Both the position numbers and the translations under genes were made by a program. A DNA stretch of 64,000 bases from positions 5,631 through 69,630 of the forward strand of contig JAZNPH010000090.1 of the NCBI GenBank assembly GCA_045589515.1, written 5' to 3'. The notes under the pieces were generated by a model. The model did no database searches. It was not told the origin of the DNA and was given only the letters and a program-made list of their open reading frames with translations. This DNA comes from Eubacteriales bacterium. GTDB lineage: Bacteria > Bacillota > Clostridia > Oscillospirales > CAG-382. Position 1 is the first letter of the stretch, and every line of letters begins with the position of its first letter. Positions 55,647 through 64,000 of the stretch are shown one piece after another.

Positions 55647-56756
55647 ATGGATCTATTGATTGGAGAAAGAATCAAAAAATACCGCAAGGATAAGGAAATG
55701 ACCCAGGATGCTTTGGCACAGGCATTGTCAGTATCCCCGCAATCGGTTTCCAAATGGGAATGCGGAGACGGGTATCCCGATATCACCCTGCTACCCGCAA
55801 TCGCCAACTTCTTTGAGGTGACCGTTGACGAGCTGATGGGAAACGACGAGATCAGTGCCAGAGAAGATATTGACAAGAATTTTTTCGGATGCTATCATAC
55901 CCTTCCCCCCGACGAGCAACTGGAATTGGCGTTGAAGTATCACAAAAAATACCCTCGCAATTGGCATATCGCAACCTCTCTCCTGCACACCATCGCCCAC
56001 CATCACAGAAACAAGGAAGGGTATCGGAAGCTGTGCAGTGAGCTTTGCGAGAGGATCTTGAAGGAATGCACCGATGCCGTCAGCCGAAAAAGGGCGGTGG
56101 AAGCCATGTGTATCATGTGCCGCGAGGACGAGGTAGGCGAATGGCTGAGCAAGTATTCCGTCTTCTGGTTTGAAAACAGGCACGAAATCTTCGAAAAACG
56201 CTATAAGCTTTTGGGGGAGGAAGAAAAGTACCTGATGATGCGGCACGCGGGAAACTACCTGCGGACCTCCGCAACCATCGGAAGATTGTCGGTGCACAAA
56301 AGCTATATCGGCAAGCCCGAGGAGTCCGTGGCGTGGAACACCATGTATCTCGGTATCCTTGACGGCTTTACCCAAAACACCATCCCCGACGGCTGGATCT
56401 GCGAATACTATACGCAGTATCTTCGTTTGTCGGCGGCGTATTTCGGATCGGGCAATCGGGAGCAGGGCTATTCCCATTTGGAAAAGGCGCTTGCATTATG
56501 CAGGAAGTGGAAGGAGCTTCCAGAAAAGGCCCCGTTGGATCTGGGCAACCCCTTGTTCTTCGGGGAAACGAAGCTGATCAAAAACGATTGGCATATTCTG
56601 TTGCCCAACGGAGAAAGGCTGCCTTTGCTTCTGGGCATTCGGTACAACCTCATCAGCCTTCCCCGCATTATGGAGGCGGAACAGGGTTGGGAATGGTTTG
56701 ACGGCGTCAGAAAAGAAGAACGCTGGGCAACCATTCTTGCGGAAGCAAAAGCATAA
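55647..56756 (+). CDS. XRE-family HTH regulator with long helical (TPR-like) C-terminus
   Basis: TQDALAQALSVSPQSVSKWECGDGYPDITLLPAIANFFEVTVDELMG. Confidence 0.88.
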   Translation: MDLLIGERIKKYRKDKEMTQDALAQALSVSPQSVSKWECGDGYPDITLLPAIANFFEVTVDELMGNDEISAREDIDKNFFGCYHTLPPDEQLELALKYHKKYPRNWHIATSLLHTIAHHHRNKEGYRKLCSELCERILKECTDAVSRKRAVEAMCIMCREDEVGEWLSKYSVFWFENRHEIFEKRYKLLGEEEKYLMMRHAGNYLRTSATIGRLSVHKSYIGKPEESVAWNTMYLGILDGFTQNTIPDGWICEYYTQYLRLSAAYFGSGNREQGYSHLEKALALCRKWKELPEKAPLDLGNPLFFGETKLIKNDWHILLPNGERLPLLLGIRYNLISLPRIMEAEQGWEWFDGVRKEERWATILAEAKA

Positions 56757-56766
56757 ATAAAAAACG

Positions 56767-56794
56767 GAACCTCTTTCCCAAAAGAAAGAGGTTC
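56767..56794. terminator. Hairpin between convergent genes
   Basis: GAACCTCTTTC-CCAAAA-GAAAGAGGTTC with an upstream A-run. Confidence 0.65.
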
Positions 56795-56807
56795 TCTTAT
56801 ATTTGGT

Positions 56808-57344
56808 TCAGGCCAAGTCCTTCAGCTTGCCTTGGTAGACCACATCCACGCCGGGGAGAGCCATGAAGTCCACGGGATGGGTGATGGGGGCCAGTTCGTC
56901 TGCTCCCTCCACGTCGTGTTTTTTCAGCACGTCCTTCACGAAGGCGGAGCAATAATAGTGGTTCTCCCGATGGTATTTCAAACGGAAACCGGCACAGCAA
57001 AGACCGATGAAATCGTAGTGGAAATCCTTACTGCAAACGATCATATCCTCCAGCAGATCACCGATCCTGTGGTAAACCTCCTCGCTGACGGGAAGGGACA
57101 GCACCATCACGTCGGAATTGGGGAAACGCTTGAAGGTGCCGAAATGGGGAGACTCCCGCACGAAGCCTGCGCTGACGGGGTTGTAGGGATTTCTTCTGCC
57201 GAAGGAATACATACGGGTCAGCTCTCTGTTCAGGCTGATGGAGGAATGGTTATAGTCTTTTTTTGTAACGAAATGCAGGATCCTGGAAAGAATGGTGCCC
57301 GTTTGGCTGAGCACAATGTAGATCCGCTGTGTTTTCTCTTCCAT
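56808..57344 (-). CDS. Permuted papain-like (NlpC/P60, YiiX-like) protein
   Basis: N-terminal His (YNHSSIS) and C-terminal Cys (YYCSAFV) in permuted order. Confidence 0.7.
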   Translation of the reverse strand: MEEKTQRIYIVLSQTGTILSRILHFVTKKDYNHSSISLNRELTRMYSFGRRNPYNPVSAGFVRESPHFGTFKRFPNSDVMVLSLPVSEEVYHRIGDLLEDMIVCSKDFHYDFIGLCCAGFRLKYHRENHYYCSAFVKDVLKKHDVEGADELAPITHPVDFMALPGVDVVYQGKLKDLA

Positions 57345-57368
57345 AAGGGATACTCTCTTTTGGATGGT

Positions 57369-58037
57369 TTACAGGTCCTCGCCGTTGTCTTCCGCCTCGG
57401 CCAGGGAGATCTCCAAGTTGCCGTTGCGGACACGGAGATCGTCGATAAAGGCCTGGAGCTGGTTGCGATCCTTCATTCTAACCTTGTAAAACAGCTTGTA
57501 CAGACTGCCCATATTGGTGGTCTTGGTACGCACCAAGCGGCAGGAAGAAGTGTATTTTGCAAAAACGTCGGCAAAGGCATCGTGGAAATGCAGGGTCTCG
57601 GGGACGGTAATGGTGAGATCCATCACCTTCTGTACCCCCATGGGGATGAAGGAGAGCACCACCATGACGGCGCAGACCAACAGGGTGAACACCACGGCGA
57701 TGGCCACGTAGCCTGCGGCGCAGGCCAAGCCTGCGGTCATAGTCAGGAAGATAGCGGCGATGTCCTTGGCTTTGCCGGGGACGGAACGGAAACGCACCAA
57801 GGAGAAAGCGCCCATGACGGCTACGCCGGTGCCTACGTTGCCGTTGACCATCATGATCACGGTGGTGACGATCATTGGCAGCAGGATCAGACACACCATA
57901 AAGCTCTTGGTGGCGTAGGAGCGGAAGGAGGCCGCAAAGGCTGTGAGAGCCCCGCAGACGAGAGATACTGCCAGGGCGATGAAGTAGGCGTTCATCATGG
58001 TATTTGTTTCCAGGATGGATTCAAAGATGAATGGCAT
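57369..58037 (-). CDS. DUF4956-family membrane protein
   Basis: GAFSLVRFRS motif, several TM helices, adjacent to a VTC gene. Confidence 0.88.
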   Translation of the reverse strand: MPFIFESILETNTMMNAYFIALAVSLVCGALTAFAASFRSYATKSFMVCLILLPMIVTTVIMMVNGNVGTGVAVMGAFSLVRFRSVPGKAKDIAAIFLTMTAGLACAAGYVAIAVVFTLLVCAVMVVLSFIPMGVQKVMDLTITVPETLHFHDAFADVFAKYTSSCRLVRTKTTNMGSLYKLFYKVRMKDRNQLQAFIDDLRVRNGNLEISLAEAEDNGEDL

Positions 58038-58041
58038 GGTG

Positions 58042-58755
58042 TTATACTCCTTGTTGCATAATATCGCGGTAGGCGGTGGCGTATTTGGAGAATTTTCCGG
58101 GGTAGATCTTACAGTTGCCCAAGGCTTCCGCCAGCCAGATGGGCATGGCGCCGTCGGTCTTGATCTCCATCAAGGAAAGACTGTCGGGAAGGATCTGCTT
58201 GCCCGAGGAGCCCAGGGAATCGGTAAGGCCCTCCGAAGAAGACAGGCCGTAATTGCGGTAGCGGACGGCGGAATCGAAGGTGATCCGCAGGTTGGGGTGT
58301 TTTACGTCGAAGTAGGCCTCCCGCTCGCAGGCGATGAGCACACGGGGGATGGGGCGGCGGTAAAACTCCATGGCGTAGTGGATCTCCCGCATGATCTGGG
58401 AATCCTCCGAGGGGACGCCGCTTTGCAGGTAGGCTTCCGCCTTCGAAAGGGTGGTGGAAATACGGCGCTTATAGACCACGCCCTTGTACTTCTTTTTGAT
58501 CTCGAAGAAAACTTGTCCGTCCTCCTTGGGGACGCCGTAGCTGCGGATGCGGAGCTTTTCCTTGTAGGTAGTAGCGTCGATGGAGTTGCGGATCAGGAGA
58601 AAGTCGGGGGTGTCCAGATACAGACTGCAGATGGTACTTTTGCCGTGGGCGTCGGGGATGAGATGCTCCCCGATAACAGACAGAAGCTCCTCCTTTTTCT
58701 CCACGGGCAGGAGGTACTTTTTTTCCACGCGTTTGAAGATGCATATGTCTTTCAA
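58042..58755 (-). CDS. VTC-domain (polyphosphate polymerase-like, CYTH fold) protein
   Basis: RVEKKY, SLYLDT, KEKLRIRSY, EIKKK, RITFD, EIK, FSKY; TTG start after AAAGGAGG. Confidence 0.92.
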   Translation of the reverse strand: MKDICIFKRVEKKYLLPVEKKEELLSVIGEHLIPDAHGKSTICSLYLDTPDFLLIRNSIDATTYKEKLRIRSYGVPKEDGQVFFEIKKKYKGVVYKRRISTTLSKAEAYLQSGVPSEDSQIMREIHYAMEFYRRPIPRVLIACEREAYFDVKHPNLRITFDSAVRYRNYGLSSSEGLTDSLGSSGKQILPDSLSLMEIKTDGAMPIWLAEALGNCKIYPGKFSKYATAYRDIMQQGV

Positions 58756-58936
58756 CGGTAAAAGCCTCCTTTCCCTAACTGCTTTATTATAATATAGATT
58801 GAAAAGAATTGCAAGAGCCACAGGGAGAAAATTCAACATTTTACAAGCTTCTCCCCCGATTCCCGGGCTATTTTACAGGAAGAAGTTTAAGCAGAGTTAA
58901 AAAAGGAGGCACAAGGCCTCCTTTTTACGGACGGAA

Positions 58937-61219
58937 TTATTTGTGAAGGGTAATGTCGTAGATGGCATAAGAATGAGATCCATCGTCCTCGGGGCTGCAA
59001 TTGAGCCAGAACATCAATCTGTCGCAATCTTCGCCAAGCTCTACGGTATAAGTGGTGGGCTTCATATCTTTGGACAGGGTGATTTCTTTGACACACTCAT
59101 CATCCGCACCGATCATCAGCGTGCTCTCATCCTGAACGATGATGCTGCTGCAATCCTTTTGCATGGCAACCGTAAAGGTGACCGAAGTGTATCCGCTGTC
59201 TTTGATATTTGCCATGGCAAATGCAGATTCGTGTGCCTCTCCTGCGCTGGCAAGGGCAAGAACACAAAGTCCCCAGCCTCCCAACATACTGCCCAGGATC
59301 GAAGCGCCGCCTATGCCTGCCATATCAAGTTCCATATGAACGTTGGTTTTCAACAAAATTCCCTTGTTATAGGTTTTGTTGCCGATGGTAAAGGTATTTT
59401 TATCGGTGGTGCCGTCGTAGTATCCGTCTTCCACGCCAACGGCTCCGATCTGCTTGCTGATATGAGAATTGTACACGTCATAAAAACCGAAGGTATCGAT
59501 CAGATCGCAGGTTTTGCCGAAATCCTCGGGAGCCCGCGTCGGGAAGAGATCTGTTTCTGCGTAGCCGTTGGGATACGCCACGAGATTTGCAATGCCAAAT
59601 ACCGGGCGTTCCATCAGATCGTTTGTCAGCTTTCCGGAGACAAATTCAAGATGCTTACAGCCCTTCACTTCCACAACATACTCCTCGGGAATCTTATGGA
59701 AGATCAGATCAATGGTTTTGATCAATTCGCCGTCGGCATATATCTCCAACTGATCGTTTTCGTAAACGTTGCTGTTGGAAATGTGGCCTGCAACAAAGGA
59801 TACGGTGTCGTATTTGCCATCAAGATTGAAGGACGCATACGCCGGCTTTTTGGAGAGCATACTGTTGGTTGCGTGGAGCATGATGCCTTCGTTATATTTG
59901 ACACCGCCCATGGAGAAGGTCTTGTACTGCGTAGAACCGTCCAGTATCGCTTGATCCTGCATATTGCTGACAACGCCAAACGTACCAAGCTCGGAGATCA
60001 TTTTTACAGGTCTGTTGGGAAACTCCCGTGAAGAATAGGCGATCTTGTTCAACGCCTCTTCGGTTGTGGCAACGTACGCATCACCGATTCCATAGAAGGA
60101 TCCCGTTGAATTACCGTAGGCCTCGTTTCCCTCTGCAGACGCCCAGCCGAATTTGAGCTGATGGCACCCCGTTACGTCAAGCGTAACCTTCTTTTGCAGT
60201 TCATGGGAGGAATACAACGCCTCATGAAGGATCTTTCCGTCGGCATAAACGGTCATCCACGCCTCTCCCTCGTCGTAAGCGGTGGTTCTGTCCGCCGCTC
60301 CCGCGGTAAAGGTCAAGTACTTGTATTTCCCCTCCAGATTGAAATAGATATCTTCCTCGTCCACGCCGATCATAGCTTCTGAGACGAAGGTTGCAATGAC
60401 ATTTTCATATTTCACAGTGCCCATATTGATGTGCGATCGACCGTCGGACGCCTCATCAAGATTGGGGTAATACTGTGCTCCCGAGGTGCCGGGAATCAAG
60501 TAGGGCTTAAGATCCTTGACAAGCTGCACCGGCTCGCTTCCCGCAGGTGCGGGAATATGCCCCGTCTCGTGGGCTTCCCCATCCCAAACCGTCAATTCCA
60601 GCACAGGAATTCCGTTGGGTGAAAGGTCTCTGCCGCCCGCTACCATTTTAAAGGTGAACTTCTGCGCGCCCGCAACATTATAAGTGTATCGAACGGGCAC
60701 TTGATAGTTGGAAAACAGAACCTCCTCAACCATTTGATCATCTACCCAGAATTGAAGCCCGACCTTCACTTCTTTTGCCTGCCCCGGCAGCGTGGGAGGC
60801 GCACAAACGTAGGAACTGCTGTACATCGGTTCCTCGTTGCCGTTTTCGTCCACACGCATTTCGATCTTTCCGCATTGACCGCCGATCACGAAGCTGATAT
60901 TCTCGTAAAGGCCATCAAGGGGCAGATCTACTTGGGCGTTCTCATCGCCGGTCTGATTCGCTCTGAACACAAATCCCCCGTGGTATTCATAACCGCCCAT
61001 CCATAAGACATCGGCGGCCTTTTCGTACTTGTACACTTCGATCCCACCCACCACACTAACGGGTTCGTGCTTATTTACGTAGTAGTTTTCCAGATACGGA
61101 GGATCAAATTCATCTTCCGGCTCGTCTTCATTGCCGCCAAACGATACGCACCCCGAAAGGGTTGTCAGAAGCAGCGAAAAGCAAAGAATCATTGCGGTCA
61201 GTTTCATCATTTTTTTCAT
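58937..61219 (-). CDS. Lipoprotein with about four NPCBM/NEW2-like carbohydrate-binding modules
   Basis: Lipobox LSGC; recurring MGGxxYxxG...FNLxGKYxxxxFxAG...IYADG...VxGCxxLxF pattern. Confidence 0.8.
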   Translation of the reverse strand: MKKMMKLTAMILCFSLLLTTLSGCVSFGGNEDEPEDEFDPPYLENYYVNKHEPVSVVGGIEVYKYEKAADVLWMGGYEYHGGFVFRANQTGDENAQVDLPLDGLYENISFVIGGQCGKIEMRVDENGNEEPMYSSSYVCAPPTLPGQAKEVKVGLQFWVDDQMVEEVLFSNYQVPVRYTYNVAGAQKFTFKMVAGGRDLSPNGIPVLELTVWDGEAHETGHIPAPAGSEPVQLVKDLKPYLIPGTSGAQYYPNLDEASDGRSHINMGTVKYENVIATFVSEAMIGVDEEDIYFNLEGKYKYLTFTAGAADRTTAYDEGEAWMTVYADGKILHEALYSSHELQKKVTLDVTGCHQLKFGWASAEGNEAYGNSTGSFYGIGDAYVATTEEALNKIAYSSREFPNRPVKMISELGTFGVVSNMQDQAILDGSTQYKTFSMGGVKYNEGIMLHATNSMLSKKPAYASFNLDGKYDTVSFVAGHISNSNVYENDQLEIYADGELIKTIDLIFHKIPEEYVVEVKGCKHLEFVSGKLTNDLMERPVFGIANLVAYPNGYAETDLFPTRAPEDFGKTCDLIDTFGFYDVYNSHISKQIGAVGVEDGYYDGTTDKNTFTIGNKTYNKGILLKTNVHMELDMAGIGGASILGSMLGGWGLCVLALASAGEAHESAFAMANIKDSGYTSVTFTVAMQKDCSSIIVQDESTLMIGADDECVKEITLSKDMKPTTYTVELGEDCDRLMFWLNCSPEDDGSHSYAIYDITLHK

Positions 61220-61276
61220 TGCTGTATTCCTCCATTGACGTAATATTTTTAAAATTCATTTTTACGAGAGAAGCCT

Positions 61277-61618
61277 TCAGCAATCATTTCCCGATCGTTT
61301 TTCTAACGAGAACAGAAGGCTCAAGCTTTGGAAAACGCTGTCCCCGCAAACGGAATATGAATAGGAAGCGTGAGCAGGCACAGGTTCGCCCGCGCTTGAT
61401 ACGGTAAAGGTATGATGGTCCACATACAGCTCGGCGCAAACTGTCTCTCCGCACTTTGAAACAGAAAGGATATCAACACTTTTGTTGCTGATATGGGGCA
61501 AGGGATGCGAGACAGCTTCCTTCAGAACGTATCGTTCCACTCCATTTTCATGATCAAACCATGTGCCCTCTTTGTCGTATTCGTAATCCCATTTCATGAC
61601 CAAGCAGAACGTATCCAT
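61277..61618 (-). CDS. Hypothetical protein (113 aa)
   Basis: ATG with GAGGG RBS, 2 bp after the upstream ORF; no recognised motif. Confidence 0.6.
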   Translation of the reverse strand: MDTFCLVMKWDYEYDKEGTWFDHENGVERYVLKEAVSHPLPHISNKSVDILSVSKCGETVCAELYVDHHTFTVSSAGEPVPAHASYSYSVCGDSVFQSLSLLFSLEKRSGNDC

Positions 61619-61620
61619 GT

Positions 61621-61890
61621 TCACCCCTCGCAGTCCTTTAAGAGTTCTATCAAGCGAGAAACTTCCCACCTGTACTTGCAATCCAGGTCATGCTGTTCCG
61701 TTTCTCCGTTTTCCACACCGCCCATAAGAATCCCTGCAATATGATCGCAGTATCCGGCGTTATGGGAACGCCAATAGGATCGTTCTAAAGCGTTTTGCTT
61801 TTCCAAAAGCGTCATGCCGGGCTTGATCAGGTAATGCAGTACTTTCTCGAGTGCCTGTATTTCTTGCAAATTTTCGTCGCACATAGACAT
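61621..61890 (-). CDS. Hypothetical protein (89 aa)
   Basis: ATG with GGAAGGA RBS and an upstream TATAAT; no recognised motif. Confidence 0.6.
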   Translation of the reverse strand: MSMCDENLQEIQALEKVLHYLIKPGMTLLEKQNALERSYWRSHNAGYCDHIAGILMGGVENGETEQHDLDCKYRWEVSRLIELLKDCEG

Positions 61891-62122
61891 CACGTTCCTT
61901 CCCAAGCAACAAGAAAACCTTAAATTTTCATTTTCATGTTTATTATAACACGCCCAAAGCATCTTTTCAACCCTTTTGCACAAAAAATCAGCAAATTGAT
62001 ACCGCCTGCCGAAAAATGCACAAACAAAAAATCCTATGGCAGTACTTTCATTCTACCATAGGAATCTTTATAAATTGTCCGATTACAACGGGATTCTGCA
62101 AAGATTATCATTTTTCGGATGG

Positions 62123-62338
62123 TTATACAGGCTTGCAATAGATCCTGACGTCTGCGGGGATGGAACGGCCTTTCAACGGCTGCAATTTGTTCTCCTGGAG
62201 GCAGACGAACAGGTAGCCCTCCACAGGCTCCGTGGTGGCGTACAGTTGAACCTCGTGAAGCCATTCACGCACCCACTCCGTTTTGATCTTGGAAGCGCTT
62301 CCCAAGCAAACAAGTTGTTGTAATAAGGTTTCATTCAT
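62123..62338 (-). other. Short ORF or 3' remnant of an unknown gene at the insertion junction
   Basis: Frame is open from the VTC-fragment junction to a stop at 62123; no RBS before the ATG. Confidence 0.3.
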
Positions 62339-62369
62339 AGGGCTTGCCCGGCCTTTCGGAGCATTAGGA

Positions 62370-62573
62370 TCATGCACCCTGACGGGTGGTGGCATCAATG
62401 GAGTTGCGGATGAGAAGAAAGTCGGGGGTATCCAGATACAGACTGCAGATGGTGCTTTTTCCGTGGGCGTCGGGGATGAGATGCTCCCCGATGAGATCCA
62501 GAAGCTCCTGCTTCTTTTCCACGGGCAGGAGGTACTTTTTTTCCACACGCTTGAAGATGCAAATATCCTGCAC
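62370..62573 (-). pseudogene. Truncated 5' fragment (63 codons) of the VTC-domain gene
   Basis: MQDICIFKRVEKKY...IRNSIDATT matches the intact gene, then switches abruptly to RQGA-stop; own AAAGGAGG RBS. Confidence 0.9.
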
Positions 62574-62681
62574 CTCGGTCCGCCTCCTTTTTTTACGGAT
62601 TCCTCATTATACTATATATTACAAATAATTGTAAGTCTTGAGAATAGAAATTTCAAAATTTTACAAAGGCGGTAGTCGCAC

Positions 62682-62710
62682 TTGACAGAACAGGAGCCAT
62701 GTGCTAAAAT
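62682..62710 (+). promoter_or_regulatory. Sigma-70 promoter
   Basis: TTGACA-N17-TAAAAT with TG extension. Confidence 0.75.
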
Positions 62711-62743
62711 GAAAAAACTCAATGAAAAAGAGGATTTTTTGAT

Positions 62744-64000
62744 ATGAAAGCCTATCTTGTGCAACCCTACTATTCCTTCAAAGAAGCAGATCTGGAGACC
62801 TGCTTTGACGGCATGCTCCGCTTGCTGGACACGGTGGGCGAGGATGCTGATATCATTGTCCTGCCCGAATATACCGACGTCCCGGCCGCCTGCGGAAGCA
62901 AGAGTGCTTTTCACGATGCCATTCGGCGCTATAACACCCTTATCAAGGAAAAGGCAGCCGCAACAGCACGTCGCTGCCGCGCCATGGTCTTCTTCAACGC
63001 GGCAGATGAAACCTCCGGCGGCTGGCGAAACACTACCTACGCCCTGGACCGTGCAGGCAATGTAGTGGGTAAATATTACAAGGCGCACCCCGCCCCCAGC
63101 GAGGTCAAAGCTGAGAAGGACGGAGGCAATGAGCTGGACGTCTCCTACAGCTATACATTCCGTCAGCCGGACGTTATTGAGCTGGAGGGTATTCGCTTTG
63201 GCTTCATGACCTGCTATGATTTCTATTTTTACGAAAGCTTTGCGCCGTTGGCACGTCAGAAGGTGGATATCATCATCGGTTGCTCCCACCAACGCACCGA
63301 TACCCACGAAGCGCTTTCCATCATCAATCGCTTCCTTTGCTATAACACCAACGCCTATCTGCTTCGCTCCTCGGTTTCGCTTGGGGAAGATTCCGAGATC
63401 TGCGGGTGCAGCTGTGCCATCGCGCCGGACGGCAAGGTTCTCGCGGACATGAAGAGCAAGATCGGTGTTGCCTGCGTAGAATTCGAGCCCCACGCCAAGT
63501 ATGCAAAGCCGGCAGGCTTTCGCGGTGCACCCAAGGCGCATTATGAGTACATTGAGGAGGGACGCCGCCCCTGGCTCTACCGCAACGGCGGCGCAAGCGT
63601 GGTTCCTTTTGATCAGTACATGCCCTATCCCCGCATCTGCGCCCACCGCGGCTATAATACCGTAGCTCCCGAAAACACCATGCCCGCCTTTGGAGCGGCG
63701 ATTGCCATGGGTGCAGAGGAAATTGAATTTGACCTGTGGGCTACCAAGGACGGAAAGCTGGTCACGGCCCACGATGCCAACCTTGAGCGGGTATCCAACG
63801 GTCACGGCAATATTTGGGAGCATACTCTCGAAGAGCTGAAAAAACTGGATTTCGGCAGTCACTTCGGTGAAAAATACAAGGATCTCCGCCTGCCCACCTT
63901 TGAAGAGATTTTGGGAAAATTTGCCGGTCGTGTGATCATGAATATTCATGTCAAAATCTGGGATATGGGTGCGGCGGATGACAAGCTTGAGGAGATCGCT
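62744..64000 (+). CDS. Carbon-nitrogen hydrolase (nitrilase fold) fused to a glycerophosphodiester phosphodiesterase; 3'-truncated and absent from the ORF track
   Basis: Hand translation from ATG 62744: DIIVLPEY, KYYKAH and FMTCYD (E-K-C triad), then in frame CAHRG...PENT...IEFDLW...AHD from about 63640. Confidence 0.9.
   Translation, partial: MKAYLVQPYYSFKEADLETCFDGMLRLLDTVGEDADIIVLPEYTDVPAACGSKSAFHDAIRRYNTLIKEKAAATARRCRAMVFFNAADETSGGWRNTTYALDRAGNVVGKYYKAHPAPSEVKAEKDGGNELDVSYSYTFRQPDVIELEGIRFGFMTCYDFYFYESFAPLARQKVDIIIGCSHQRTDTHEALSIINRFLCYNTNAYLLRSSVSLGEDSEICGCSCAIAPDGKVLADMKSKIGVACVEFEPHAKYAKPAGFRGAPKAHYEYIEEGRRPWLYRNGGASVVPFDQYMPYPRICAHRGYNTVAPENTMPAFGAAIAMGAEEIEFDLWATKDGKLVTAHDANLERVSNGHGNIWEHTLEELKKLDFGSHFGEKYKDLRLPTFEEILGKFAGRVIMNIHVKIWDMGAADDKLEEIA

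Larger units (their letters stand above)
58756..62384. mobile_element. Putative inserted segment bounded by a duplicated VTC 5' end (no integrase inside)
   Basis: 189-bp homologous blocks at 58567-58755 and 62385-62573; interior looks more AT-rich by eye and holds accessory genes. Confidence 0.45.

Noticed and set aside
62612-63949. 445-aa minus-strand ORF
   Set aside because: Shadow of the real plus-strand nitrilase-GDPD gene, which the track omits because it has no stop in the window.

Overview
Chromosomal segment of a moderately GC-rich Clostridia (Bacillota) bacterium; the taxon is inferred from gene content, not determined. Housekeeping genes include htpG (with a CIRCE box), prfB, RNase P RNA, murD, three M42 peptidases, fakA, a 2-hydroxyacyl-CoA dehydratase pair, an aro operon, metY and rpsB-tsf. 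Interspersed are large secreted modular proteins. The main signal is a cohesin-dockerin system that appears not to be cellulolytic: three dockerin-bearing proteins, one with an N-terminal cohesin-like module and four OB-fold repeats, and one a glycerophosphodiesterase (GDPD) directly downstream of murQ. A membrane-anchored phosphodiester glycosidase shares a private module with the cohesin protein. Together these suggest (inference) a surface complex that scavenges teichoic acid or other phosphodiester-rich cell-envelope material. Other signals are a six-copy two-hairpin element always placed just after stop codons, two copies of which bracket a LytTR two-gene system; a 3.6 kb integrase-free insert flanked by a duplicated 5' end of a VTC gene; and a nitrilase-GDPD fusion missed by the ORF track. 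No tRNA, rRNA, CRISPR array, transposase or integrase was seen. All family calls are by eye from motifs, without database searches.
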